Made by a program: the position numbers and the translations under genes
Origin: Geosiphon pyriformis uo1
Lineage: Eukaryota; Fungi; Glomeromycota
Reading direction: 5' to 3'
DNA length: 64,000 bases
Assembly (NCBI GenBank): GCA_016748015.1
Contig: JAAOMT010000061.1
Location: 1-64,000 of the forward strand
Notes under the pieces: model-generated
What the model was told of the DNA's origin: nothing
What the model saw: the letters and a program-made list of their open reading frames with translations, nothing else
Databases searched by the model: none
In this document: positions 1 through 13,800 of the stretch, one piece after another
Position numbering within the stretch: the stretch's first letter is position 1
Layout: each line of letters starts with the position of its first letter

Positions 1-193
1 CTACAACGTAACTACATAAAGTAACTGGCACGGAATTGGCCATTCCACTTATAAGCCCAGCGGTTCAAATTATAGGAGATAATTTGAAGATAAATTCAGT
101 TACTGGAGGTTCAACCACATCCAGAAAACGTGAATTCACAGCAAACAAGCATCAACAACATTTAAGAAAAGAGACCAAAAACCTCCGGTAACA
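1..193. mobile_element. Probable terminus of a further (younger) LTR element inserted into the Gypsy-1 RT
   Basis: The Gypsy-1 RT reading (...GLKINPIKSFFER) loses similarity exactly at ...GGTAACA (187-193), the same GTAACA terminus seen in the other two LTRs. This segment retains several CpGs, unlike the flanking TE DNA. The other end lies outside the window. Confidence 0.5.
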
Positions 194-2176
194 GCGTTCA
201 AAGAAAGATTTGATTGGGTTAATTTTAAGACCAGCATTTCTGAACAAGTCAAAAACCTTTTGTAAATGTTCAAGATGTTTATCCCAGGTTTTTAAATATA
301 CCATTATGTCGTCCAAGTAAACCAGAACAAAGTTTTCTTTTACTGATTCAAATATTTTATCTATTAGGCATTGAAAGATGGGAGGAGCATTGGTGAGACC
401 AAAAGGCATGACTGTGAATTCATAGGTGTCATACTTGGTGATAAAGACAGTTTTCTTTCTGCTTTCTGGATCCATCTCTACTTGCCAGAATCCAGCAGTT
501 AAATCAATAGTTGAGAAAAAAGCAGCACCATTGAATTTATATAGCATTGCATCAATTTTGGAGAGTGGATATATGTCTCTTATAGTGATGGCATTTAATT
601 GGTAGTAGTCAACACAGAAGCATAGAGTTCCACTTTTCTTGAATACCACTACAATTGAGAAAGCTCATTCACTTTTGGTTTCTTGTATGAATCCAAGATT
701 TTTTATCCAGTTTATTTCTTTCTTGATAAACTCATTATTACATTTATTAGATTGATAAGACTTTAAATAGATGGAGTGAGTTTTTTTTGTGGTGATAGTA
801 TGTTGTATTACATGGGTTTGTCTAGGGGTGTCACCTTCTTTTGAAATAACTGAATTATTTCTAGCCAACAGATTTTCAATGTCTATTTTTCTTTCTTCAG
901 GAGAAGGTTCTTTTTGTTTTACAACTAATGATTGAATTTTAGGTGGTTTATTCTCAAAAGACTTTTGTACTTCTTTAAGTTCTTCTCAAGGTATCAAGCT
1001 AATTGGTTCCCAATCTTTATAATAGATTAGGCAGGATTTGCATTCATCACTTGGTGAATACAAAGATTTATTGCACCAGCATCTGGTGCAAAGACCATGT
1101 CACCAATAACTGTATTTTGCTTTCTTGCCAGGTTTTTTATTAAAGGTTCTTCTGAGGATATCATAGTAGGGCCAGCAGATCAGCTTGCCATTTATCATGA
1201 TTCTTTTTTTGTTAGCTTTAATATTGTTTAGTGGCTTGTTATTGCTGGTAAAAATAGTATAAGCAAGTTCAGTAGTTTCTTCTGATTCTTTTTGATCTTT
1301 ATCATTATTGCTTTTATCATTATCTGATTCATCTTATTGTTTTTCTTCTTGGTTCTGCTTGGTTACTGGAGGGATTGTCTAATGTCGGCATTTAACCACA
1401 ATAGGTTTCTTACCACATCTGATAGTTAGTTTACAAAGTTCATAGGCAAGTAGTGCTTTGGCTTTCTTAAGCCATTCATTGTCAACAATAATGGTGTACT
1501 CTTTTGCTTTAGATACTTCCATATCTGTTTCAATGCTAATACTATTAATGTGGACAGAAATAGCTTTGGCTATGTCCAGGCCTTTTTTCTTGTCATTATG
1601 TATATTAGTCATTGGTTTTGTGAAAGGCTTATCAATCTTTCTGCCAATTGCTTCAAGAAAATATTTGGCAATTACACTAACAGATAATTCACTGTCTAGG
1701 ATCAGATCAATGAAGTAACCAGCCACTTGGGCTTTACAAATCAGAGGGGTGACATTGCTGTTATTAGCAAGTCCAGCTTGGCAAGGGCATTTGTTAATCT
1801 TTGGTGTCTTTTTTTTTGGTATTAATGATTTGTGAAGATCTTTTCTGAATTGTGAATTGGTCATCAGTTGGCCAAATATAATATGTGCTGGGTTTTCCAT
1901 AAGATTTTTAACAATAAAATAGAGTCCAAATTTTTGTACAATTTCTAGGAGTTTTAACTTTGGAGAATTTTTAAAAACCTTAGTCTTTGGTGGTTCATTG
2001 TTATCAGCAGATGATTTGAATGCTTTATTTGGATCTATAACGAAATCAACCTTGGCTTTCTTTTTCTTTCTGGTTGATTCAGAGAAGTTGATTGCTAGTT
2101 CATCCATATCATGATCATCATTAGTTAGATTAAAAGCATAAAAGGGGTTTTTTTCTAATTGGCTTGCACTTTCACT
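194..2176 (-). pseudogene. Gypsy-1 pol remnant: aspartic protease, Cys-rich linker, reverse transcriptase
   Basis: ORFs 1379-2107 (protease), 665-868 and 152-649 (RT, YLDD), broken by stops and frameshifts. Confidence 0.88.
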
Positions 2177-2205
2177 TTTTGGAGGTGCACCTACCAGTTT
2201 AAAGG

Positions 2206-3570
2206 CTAATAAACAATGGCTTTAACTAGGGGATCCTCTTCAAAGAAATTGATGTTGGCATGATTGGTTCTTTGGTTGGAAACATTATTGTTAATGGTTC
2301 TGTTGGTTTGATTGTCATTGTTTCTAGGAGCTGGAGAGGGCAATAGAAGATTGTTGCAGTCTCTTGAGAAGTGTCCAGTTAGTTCACAATAATAGCACAC
2401 AAGTGGGCCACAATTTTGCTGTCTTTGATATGGTGGTTGTTGGGACTGATTAAAATGGGATTCAAATTTGGGTCTTTGGGATTGTTGATTCTCTCTAACT
2501 GCTTGGGCCAATGGTTCTAATAGCCAGGCAAGATTAGTTGTAAGCCTATCTATTAAATGTTCATTTGGATTTTGTGTCTGGACAGCAAAAGAAGTAGCAG
2601 CCATTTGTGGAGCAGAAGCCATAATAGGAGCAGAAGCAAAAACTGGAAGTGTGGATCCCAAGTGCATCTTTTGGTTGTCTTCAATTTGTTGGACAAGTTC
2701 AATGGCCATATCCATTGTGAGATTATCTTTTAAGGTCAGAAGAGACCAAAGAGCATGATAAATCAGTTCTCAGTCTTTTTGTGAAAGAATGTATTTTCTG
2801 CTCTTTTGTCCAATTTCTTCCAGAGTCTACCTGTTTAATAAGTTTTCTTATTACTTTGGCATATTTTGTCACAACCTCACCAGGGCCTTGTGTTCTTCTT
2901 TCTAATTCCATATGCCATTTTGAGATTAAGATGGGAGTTCTGAATTTCATTTCAAACTGAGTAGTAAAAGAGGTGTTGTCTTCTCCAGCATTTGTTGATG
3001 CCCATTTAATGATTCTTTGTTGAGCATTAGCATTGGTTTCTTGTGAGAACCAAGTAGCAAGAGAGTCTTGGAGGTAGCCACCAATGATTTAGAACTTGTA
3101 TTCATTATCAGCTGTGACAGCTCTCTTAAAATCATTTAGCCATTTGATTGGATCTTGGGCATTACCTTTGAATAATAGTAATAGAGTGTTGTTTCTTCGC
3201 CCTAAAGCAGTCTGTATATCTTGGAGAGCAATCAGAATGTTTTGTTGCAAAGAGTCTTGAGCCATTGGTTCAGGTGTAACTGTTTGTGTGGAGTGTTCTG
3301 ATTCACTTGAAAAGAGATCAAAAACAGGAGCAGTTTAATAGCTTTCTTCTTCTGTTTCAAGAGGAGTTTCTGTTGATTGATGAGTAGCAATCCAAATGTG
3401 GATTTGATGATTCAGATATTCGAAATCAGAGGGCTGTTGTTCAAAGGTTGTTGAGTATAAAAGTTGGTTAATGCTGTTGTTTCTTTTTTCACAGTTGTCT
3501 TCAAAATAAGCTTGGTCAAAGTAATAAGTTGTATAAGCTGTGTAGATTTCAGCTAAATGCTCATTCAGGA
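2206..3570 (-). pseudogene. Gypsy-1 gag remnant (capsid-like region and zinc knuckle)
   Basis: ORFs 2723-2950 (KWHMELERRTQGPGEVVTKYAK) and 2206-2715 (CCHC knuckle). Upstream FKGNAQDPIKWLNDF motif on the minus strand. 5' boundary approximate. Confidence 0.82.
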
Positions 3571-3760
3571 ACCAGTTCCAAAAGTCTTAGAATTGTCTGC
3601 TGAATTGTTCTTCAATGGGAAAGCAAATCAAGCAGGAGGACAAAAGATTGAGTTCAATAAAGTCTAGATTGTTTTTGTTGTGTGCTTCAAAGTGTTCTTC
3701 TGATTGTTGTGGCAGGTATGAATAATCACTTATACAATAGAAAACAAAGTGGATTTTGAC

Positions 3761-3779
3761 AACTTCACAGGAAGCACCA
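3761..3779 (-). promoter_or_regulatory. Primer-binding site of Gypsy-1 (TGGTGCTTCCTGTGAAGTT), probably elongator tRNA-Met-like
   Basis: Begins with TGG 6 nt inside the 5' LTR end and complements a tRNA 3' end ...CACAGGAAGCACCA. The tRNA identity is an inference. Confidence 0.7.
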
Positions 3780-3785
3780 CTTTTA

Positions 3786-4497
3786 TGTTACAGGTTGGAG
3801 TAACAAGCTAATGGATAGCAAGAGAGAACAGGATTGTAGGGTGATGGAAATAATCAAAGGAAATTCAACTTCAAAGAGCAAATTGAATAAATATGAATTC
3901 AATATGTGAGATTAGTCTCATAAAATATTTCAGTCACTATATTTTTCAAAGGTAACTGGGGAATCTAAAGGTAGAGGGATAGTTCATACTGTTAACAAAT
4001 AATCACACTTGGTATAATTCTATGTCTCACGTTAGCACTCTTAAAATTCAATATCAAGTATCAGATGTGCTTTTCAGTTACGTTTTATTCAATAATCTTC
4101 AATTGCTGCAATTACATGTTTCAGAAAAAAGATAGGGAATAACCAACAAGTAATCTTTTATCTTTAAGATGTTCAAATACTTGAAAGTAGAGAAGAAGAA
4201 ATTAGCGATAAGAGAATGATTGAGATGAACGTTATTATTTTATTTATTCTTGATTATTTTGAACATGCTTTTCTACAGCTAAGAGATTCATTGCTTATAT
4301 AGTTGTCAAAAATAGTCAATGATCAAGTCAATGGTCAGGTCAATAATCAGATTATTAATTAGATCAATAATCAGGTTAACAGTCAGGTCATTGATCAAGT
4401 CAATAATCACTTACTAAAAATAGAGTGGCTAATTTATATGACATCAGTGGCTAATACATGTGATAATTAATAAGAAGTATAAGTTTCAACTGTAACA
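3786..4497 (-). repeat. 5' LTR of Gypsy-1 (712 bp)
   Basis: Terminal inverted repeats TGTTACAG (3786) and CTGTAACA (4497). PBS adjacent. LINE sequence resumes at 4498. Confidence 0.88.
4314..4410. repeat. Degenerate 12-bp tandem array (GTCAATGATCAG-like, ~8 units) in the U3 part of the Gypsy-1 LTR
   Basis: gtcaatgatcaa gtcaatggtcag gtcaataatcag ... gtcattgatcaa gtcaataatcac read directly. Confidence 0.8.
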
Positions 4498-6553
4498 ATA
4501 TTTTTCTATTTAGCAAGGACATTGATATTTCAAACATTGTATGTAGCAATTTTTTAGACCAAATCATTTATTGAGATAAAAAAAACACCAAAAAACTTGA
4601 ACTAACACACAACTGATTCAATTTCACTAAAACCAAACCAATAAAAACTTCAAAAGCCACTATTTTAGATTCTAATTTACCTATTTTGGTAGTTAAAATC
4701 TTTGATTGACTCAAACCCAAATCTGAAACTACATTATTTACAACTAAAAAAAAGAGATAAGTAACACAAGTAAATTGTTCAAAACCATATCCAAATCCAA
4801 TTTTGAATTTGAAAAAACAGACACAGTTGGAAAAAAAAATTAAAAAATAGACACCAAAGACATCAGATCCAAAACACTCAGTTTTCAGACAATACTTGAT
4901 ATTTGATTAGCCAATAGCTCTAAGAAATATTCCAAAAAAGCCAAGCAAACACCAATAGATAAATTATTTTGGATAATTACAAGACTTTTTTTGACATGTG
5001 ATATATCAAAAAAAAAATTCAGAACCAAAATCAGAGTGAGTGTTATTAAAGAAAACAGCAAATAAAATTATTTGTGTCCAAAATTTACAGCAAGATAGAA
5101 AATAGGAACTTTTTTTAGCATATAACTTAGTCAGCTAAAGACAATTTTCTTTAGAAGCAACTCTCTTATAAGTTTTTGATAAAAACAAGACATTTGTATT
5201 TAATGCATTACATTTTAGGGCTAAATATCCAAAATGCTCGCACCTTTTGTATTAAACCAAATTTAATTTGGTCCAAAAAAGTTTTATATTACCAAAAATT
5301 GGTTTTATACAAAAAACAAATTCCAGATTATTTTTTGTATTAAAGCCAACTACAGTATAATGAATTCTATTGCTAGTTTTAAATAACTGATTGATAATAC
5401 AAGTCTTTTTACCAGTCTGCTTTAATAAAATACCCAGATTATAAGCTGTTATTCTTACAAATAAGATAAACAAAAGTGTTCTAAAACAATCTTTAGACAT
5501 TCAAGTTTTACAATCTCCTATAGCTTTAACTATATGTACTGAATCTTTTCTAATTAAGAATAACTATTTGGCTGTCAACTGCTCAGCCTAACTTGATTTA
5601 ATAAATTTTATTACAGCCTTTTGTTATAGTCTAATTAGTTGCAATCAAATCAATACTATCTCACTAAACTCAACTACTGTAGTGACAATTATTTTTTTTG
5701 GCATATCTATAAGAATTTTTTTGATTACTACAGCTTAATCTGACCTAATTTTTTGTTTTTTAAGATTATTATTTACTTTGATTTTTTTTTTCTTAGCCAA
5801 TAATACAGCTTTTTCCATGTTTTTTTTGATGTAAACATAGATTTGATGATTTTTTCAAATTTTGAAAGAGTAATAACCCCTCTAAAACTATTGATTACTG
5901 AAAAAAATTTTCTAATGAGCTGAGTTTTTGCTACTGCTGATTTTTCTTTTATAGTTAATAGATTAATATTTAATATAAAAGATTTCTTAATAATCACCTT
6001 AATTTGAGTCTTTATTATTTTAAGATTAACACACTTTTTGTCAAGAGAAATATTAAAAGGAAGAGAAAAAGAACTTACATTATCATCTATTTTAAAGTTG
6101 ATTATACCAATAAAAAAGTCACTATTTAACTCTGTATTAATTCTCTTAGCTTTGAAAGTTATTGCAGCCAAACCAAAAAAAAAATCACAACCTGAATCTA
6201 CTATAGCATTATCAATTTCACTATTACTAAACTCACTATCTATATCTGAATATATACTATTATTAATACCAGATTTGACCAAAAAAATTTCTTTTTTATC
6301 TTCAAAATACTTAATATTACCAACAGAAATCTTCTTTTTTTAAGAAAAAATACTACCAACAGAACCATAAAGAGCACTCTTAAAAGTCTTTTTTTTAACA
6401 TATTATTACTTGTAGTAGCTTTTAAGTTTACTATAAAAAAATTATTAGCTTGAAAAATATTAAAAATAATATAAACAGAAAGATAAAAACAAAAACTTCT
6501 TTTTTGAAAAATAACTCTTTAGAGAATTTAGACATAGAAAAAAAAAAAGTTTT
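4498..6553 (-). mobile_element. LINE copy A: 5' end, ORF1 and start of ORF2; interrupted by Gypsy-1; heavily decayed
   Basis: 5' motif AAAACTT...AAGAAGTTTT at ~6492-6553. ORFs 5773-6282 and 5252-5500 are homologous to ORF1 of copies C/G. ORF2 start (KIATYNV...AK) is cut at 4498. Confidence 0.85.
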
Positions 6554-7881
6554 GGTTTTTTAGAATTATATTGGTAAAAAATTTAATATTTAAATATATT
6601 TTAATCAGATTAAATTTGAATAAATTATTTGTAAACAAAAAAATATCCAAATATTTAAAAAACTTTTTTTTTGCTATAAAAATAATAACTTATTAACAGA
6701 CAAAAAAACATTTTTATTTTTGAATTAATAAAAATAGTTATAGTTTTTTTATTGTTTATTGAAATATTAGTAATTATATAAAATTTACTTGTAATATTCA
6801 AAATATATTAAAAAAATAAACACATATTATATTATTATTAATTATTATAAGACCATTTTTTTTTTCTTTTATAATAAGATATATAATTATATTCTATAAT
6901 AATATTATTTTATATTATAATAATATGTTATTTATAATACATATATATATTATAAATATATAGTATAATATAATTAAACTTGTATAATAAATATGATCAA
7001 ACTTATGATTAAAATTATTATAAAAATATATTAGCTTAAATATTTCAACTTATTATATTATTTTTTTTATATAAAAATAACCAAAAATTTGTGTTTAATT
7101 TAATATGTCTTTTATTTCTTGATCTAATATATTTTTTATTTACATTTTTTATTTTTTGATTTATTGTGTCTTTAATATTGTATTTTTGATTTTATTTATT
7201 ATTAAACTCTTTTAATATGTAAGTTTTTTTAACTATATTATAATATAATAAATTTTATATTTATAAAATTCTTACAAATTAACACCAAAGATTTTGCAAT
7301 GTATTTAAATATAGTTATATAATAAACACAGAAAATTCAATATATTAAAAGTTTAATTTATGTATCATGAATTAGATTATATTTTTATATTTTAATTAAT
7401 TAATAAATTATATAATATTTAAAATTATAAGATTTTGATATTTCTATATTTTAATTGGTTAATAAAAATCTAAAATTATATGTTATATAAAATTATATAA
7501 AATATAAGATTTTGAATTTTTTTTTTTTTATAATAATATAAGATATATATATATCTTAAATAATAACTTGAATATTTTTTATTTAAATTGTATTATTAAT
7601 AAAAAATTTATCAAGTCTAATTTTTTATTGTCAATTTTAATAACAAATCTGATATTAATTTAATAATTACATAAACTTTTATGTTTTTTTATCTTGTACA
7701 AAAAAAAATTATAAAAAATTTCTCAAAACAATAAAAAAAAATTTTTTTAATTAAAAATTTTACTGTTTTGTTTTTTAAGTTTTATTTATATAAGTTTTTT
7801 TATAATAAACAAAAATATTAAAGTCTTTTAAAGTTTTTGTTTAATTGTATTAGTGTAATTATTAATAATTAAATTTAATTG

Positions 7882-10800
7882 TTTTTTTTTTATTATATTT
7901 AATGAGTGAGATCCAAACACTACCTAGTACAATATATCATACAAGTAATCTAAATTAGGTGTGAATCATGCACTTGTCACATATGACCAGTTACTCAAAC
8001 CAATCAGAACAACACTAGACACTTATATAAACAGAAACTTTATCTTCTATACCTAAGAAAAACAAAGTTTACAAAAACCAATACCAATACCAATAGCTTT
8101 AGCTACACCCAATAATCTAACCATGCCAGCCAAAAGTACTAATAAAAACCCAAAAACTGAAATAGGGATAGATCTATCATGTGAAATCAGCCTATTTTTT
8201 TCCATAAAGACTCTGTATTTGGTTTAAACCAACCAAAATTTGTTACAAAATGCCAGACAGAATCTGTGCACAAAATCCACTATATTATGACTTGCTACCT
8301 TGGAATCCTTAAAAACTGAAACAGATTTATAATACCAATTATTGAAAACAAAGCCTTTACACAGAGCCACTTTAATTACAGAATCAGAAACACAGACAAA
8401 TAATAACTGTAAAACACAAGAAGCAGAATAGTGAAGACCAGAAAGTGCTTTCCAAGCAGTTACATAAGTGTTCAATAACTGAGCATAATCAACAGCATTA
8501 AAAGCACAAAAAAAAGCATGGTCAGAGACTTTTACTTTATCATAGAACAAACATACTATACTGAAATAGCACTTATTATACAGCCACTTATGCAAAGTAA
8601 CAAGTAGCCAATGATATAAGGCCTTTATAAGATATGTACAGAACCCAGCAGAACTTTTGCTGGTAATACCAGCAGCCATATAGGAATCAGGATACCACAC
8701 CAAAGATGATTTAAACCAATCAATATTTACACATAAATTATTCAACACAACCCAGGAACCAAAGCCAACCTCCCAATAAGCACAATAAACTGAATGAAAC
8801 ACCTCATGAATGAAATGCCTAAAGTTGCTAGAAACAGTGTTATCATCAGCCCTAACATAATATTCACTAACCAAGTATAGAAGGTGCCAACTAGAAAGCG
8901 CAGCAGCTTTGGCAAGCATATTAGCATGTTCATTATCTAAAACACCCAAGTAACTCCTAACCTTATGTCAATTAACATCTAAATTTTTGCATTAAATAAT
9001 ATTCACAATGTGGTGGCATTTGATCCAACAATGATTCCTGAAATCTGAATAAGCCATATTCAGTTCTGATCTACAACTATCCAAAGCAGTCTGGCTATTT
9101 GAATATAAATCAATTAAATGAAAAGAAAGAACACACTCAAGAGCCAATGCAATAGCCTAAAATTCTACCATAATGGAAGACATTAAGCCAGAGATCCCAA
9201 CACCTAAGCCCAAATCTATGTTCTCAAAAAAACTGTAGCACCAGTCTTTATGTTCAAAGTCCTTAAACTACTTAAAAATCCATCTGTATAGGCTGAAAGT
9301 TAGCCAGCTTTGGCACCCAAAAGACTGTCACAAACAATCTTAAACTTATGAGACTTTAAGAATGTTCAAAAAGCTGCAGCCATCCAGGAGTGGAGAGCAG
9401 ACAGAAAAAGGAATCACACCACAAAGAAAATGAACAGACATCTTAAACTAAATGAAAACTAGATCATGAGAGTCCAATTGCTTCTACTGCTTAAAAGTCT
9501 TCCAATCAAAAACAGAGCTATAACAGTTGTGTAGCTGTTCTACAAAGGCAATTTCATAACACTGAAATGATAAAAGATACTGAAAATAATTTGAATCACC
9601 AAGAACAAAAGACATAAGAGTCCTATTCCGAAACTTAAAAGCATTGGCCATAGGAACTTCTAAGGACAGACCACATTTAGAAAATATATGGACCACATTT
9701 GCTAAAAAATTATTCAAAAAGTTAACTTTAATATGAACTGGAAACTGCAAAAGGTAGAGTGGATGCCAGCTAAGAACTTATAGGTCATAGAACCTGTGAG
9801 AAAAAAGCCAACCCAAAATTCCAACAGAGTTTGCAAAAAAAACAGCAGTGGCTGATTTGTCTTCAGCTTGAATTTGTTTAAACATTTTCAGACTGTATAG
9901 AAATGGGTAATAAATAGCATTATTGGAGAAGTCATGTGGCAAGCTGGATTTAAACTTTAAACTCTTATGAATCAGAGTATTTCATTTATTACATGTGCTA
10001 ATAGAAATAAAGCTGAATTGAATCTTATAACTAATAATAAGATGAAGAACTACAGACACTAAATACATGAACTACTTGTCAGAAATTGTCTTCCTTAAAA
10101 CTAGATTGGTAAAAAACCTAACATTTAAATGAGCCTTAGCCAAGCTAAGCTTTGATAAACTCTCAGAAAACAAAAAAATACCCAAATAGTGATGAGATTC
10201 CCCTTTTTTAGTGACTAAGATAGGCAAGCCACTAATAGTCAAAAATAAATTTACAACTTTGCAGTTAATAGAAATGACTACTGTTTTGTTATTATTAATT
10301 AAAATATTGTTAAACTGAAAAAATTCACTAGTTACATTGAAAATGTATTGAATAGCAGTTTGGCTACTACTAATCCAGATTGTATTGTTAACAAAAGCCT
10401 TAGCAGCAAGAAAAGATATCATTTTAGCTTGAGATTCTACTTGGCCAGTCTTAGCAACAAAACAAGAGTTCAATTTGTAACTACACACACTTTTCTGTTT
10501 TTTGACTTTACATAAAAGCAGATTATAGAATATGCACCAGAGAAAAAGTGGAGACTTCTTCCTAATCTAACCTATTATAAACTTGATATTTATTAGTCAA
10601 ACCAAAGTCTGTCATTACTTTGTTAACACAACCATTGTAAATACCACCAAAAAATCTAATAAATTTGCTATACATTTTGATTCTAACCAAATTTTTCCTA
10701 AGATGTTTCCATCCAACAGAGTCATAGGCCTTATACATATCCTGTAAAACCAGCCACAGCTTCTGGTTCTTTTCCAAGGCATCCTCAACCATAGAACCAA

Positions 10801-13800
10801 TGACAAAAATAGGGGACTTCATTATTGTATCTTTTAAAACAGAAAAGTTGTCTCCTTAGAAAACATCAAAAGTGCTACAAGCAGAAAAAATCCTGTCTGA
10901 AAGAATTTTGAAAAAGATTTTGTAAGCTGTCTTAATTAAAGCAATAGGACAGGTATTTGTAAAAACACCCTCCCACTTATATGGTTTGGGAATTATTGAA
11001 ATCCAAGCTTTTTCTTAAGGTTCAAACACTAATTTACAGGATAAACACGAATTAAAAAGCACCAAAAGCATATCCAAAACCAGATTGTCACAGTGTTTTC
11101 ACAATTCATTCGAGATGCTAGACAGACCAGCTGCCTTCTCATTAAGCAGACTCAAAATTACACCAGACATTTCATTAAAACTAATAGGACACATTACATC
11201 AGAAAAAGCACCATTAAAAACATGCTCCAAAAGCTAATATTGGTGAGACCAATCATTAGAGATATTAGAAATTGCCTCATGCTTTCTGGTCCAACTCTCC
11301 ATGATCTTATCTACCTTTGACTTAACCAATTTGGGCTTCAAAACCAACTTATTATCTACAACCAGATAATCTAGCACCACTTTGTAAAAAGAATGTTTCA
11401 ACACACTCCTGATGATATAACCCTTGTTTAACTCAAAACTTTCTATTCTTTTACTGATAGCCAATTTAATATGAGCCTTCTTAGCACACCTGAATTCTAA
11501 TAACTTGGAAAAATGATAAGACTTTCTTGCTCTAGCCAGAACTGACCAAATAACATCAAAATTAAAATCTGATAGAAAAAAAGAGTTTACAATTAACATA
11601 CCAGCTACATCACATATGTTCTATGTATTCATCAATGATATAAATTCCCTATTAAAAACCAAATAAAAAGCCTTGATCAACTCAGACACTAAAATTTCCA
11701 ACTTGTGAAATCTAGAAGATCTTTTGGTAAAGACATTATTAAAACTCTTAAACCACTTTTTTTTGAATATTTTATTAGCCGAAAAAGTAATAATCTTGCA
11801 AATAACATTTCACATAGCATCCAAATCTGAAAGTCATCTGAATATAGTAAAGTCATCAGCAAACATCATGGTATTAGCCACTATAGCAATCTTAAAATCA
11901 TCTTATTTTATTTTATCAGCATTTTTAATATCAAACTTCCAGCAGTCTTTATTTGCCTGCTTGCATAAAAGATTCAAATGTTTGTCCAACAAACCCCTTA
12001 GTCTCACAGAAATAGAGACAGCCTGGTAATCAGTATCAAAATATTTTTCAACAAATAGCATGTCACAACTCACCAATGCATTAACCAAATTAAAAAAAAC
12101 AAGCACATAGTCAATTGTTTTTGCAACACCCCTAAAATTAACTCATGCTGGCACCTTTACAAATAAGCTTTCACCTAAGAAATTGACCAAACCTAAATCA
12201 AAACACTTCTTGAAACTGGCACATCTGTGGGAACTATCTTTATTAAAATCACTATTCAAGACAACAAAAGAGGATTTATTTACAGCCCTTGCAATTTGAG
12301 AGTTAATATTACCAACTTGGAAGAATTGAACTATGGAAGAAACACCAGTATAGAGTCCCAAAATTGAGACAGAAAGTTTATTTTTGAAAAATAACCTGAC
12401 AAAAAGAAGCCAATAAGACATCTCAAAAATTTTACACACATGACAAACCAGAGAAATGTTCATAATAATGACAACACCAAAATCCAAGTAACCAAAGTTT
12501 ACATCAGAAGTAAAAACACAGACACTATTAAACTTATTAGCAAGCCACTAATAGATTTTATCTTTTAACTTAATTTCAATAATAATTGAAATCAAATTAC
12601 CCATATTTTTATGCCAATAAACAATATCTTTCTGTTTCATAGAATTGTTTATACTCCTAACATTGTATATAGCAATTTTTTAAACCAAACTGTTTATTGA
12701 AATGAAGAAAGAATTGACAAATCCAAACCAGAACACAAATGATCCAATCTTTCCAAAACTGAATTAACTAACACCTATAAAGCCACTATTTTTGACTTCA
12801 AGCCTCCCACTTTAGTGGTTAGAATCTTAGAACTACTAAAGCTGAAATCAATAACTGCATCAAAACCAACAGAGAAAGGAGGGGCAGATAATACCAACAC
12901 ACTATTCAAAACCATATCTGAATCTGAATTAAAAGCCAAAAAGACAGGAGCAACCAGAAGGAAAATGTAAGAGGTTGTAGTCAAAGGCACCAATTCTACA
13001 AAGCTCAACTTTTTTACAAAAACAGAAATCTGATCAATTAAAAGCTCTAAAGAGTGTTTCAAGACCACCAACTGATCAACCAAGCCAAAATTGATAAAAG
13101 GAACAAAGCCTGAAGAGAAAGATATCACACTCAGAGGAAAACCAACACCAGATAGAACCAATGAAATCACACAAAATGGAGAGCCACTAGCAATTTGAGC
13201 CCAAGTTTTACCCCCAAATAAAACAGAGTGCATAATAGGAGCCTGTTTTTTCTTATATATATTGGCCAAACAAATCTGATCTTGAAGATTCACCACATGT
13301 CTACCATAATTACCAGAATTTCCACCCATTGAACAATCAACAAAAATATGACCAAACTGTTTATATTGAACACAGCAGGCTAAAAAAAGCCCAGCCCAAT
13401 GCAAATTCACATCCTTATAAACTGAAATAGAACTAATAGCAGTCAATTTAGACATCTTATTAGCAAAACACACTATTGTACATTTATTATGCACATATAA
13501 ACTGGGATTATAACCAATAGAACAAGTCTTTCTACTATATGAATTCAGCAAATCAAACAAGTCATGAGCTGTGGTACCAATTGGGAGAGTATACAACAAA
13601 GTCTAATGTTGATTCCTTAATACTCATATTTGTTTGTTATTAATTACCTTTGCCATATGTATGAAGTCTTTTTCCATAAAAACAGATCATTTAAAAGCAA
13701 CCAAATTGGCAATATTTATCAACTCAAACTCTACCAAAGTCTTCTGTCAAAAACCAATCAATTGCATCCTAACTGAGATAATTTTGCCAAACTTGAAAAA

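Larger units (their letters stand above)
194..4497 (-). mobile_element. Ty3/Gypsy LTR retrotransposon 1 (5' LTR, PBS, gag, protease, RT; interrupted within RT), decayed
   Basis: LTR bounded by TGTTACA/TGTAACA, PBS, gag with CX2CX4HX4C (CYYCELTGHFSRDC), protease-like LILDSELSVS, RT motifs (IDLTAGFWQV, MPFGLTNAP, VYLDD). PR-RT order. Confidence 0.93.

Noticed and set aside
6560-7880. AT-rich tract as organellar insertion or centromere core
   Set aside because: No organellar gene or RNA remnants and no satellite periodicity are visible. Similar tracts elsewhere in the window are demonstrably eroded repeats.
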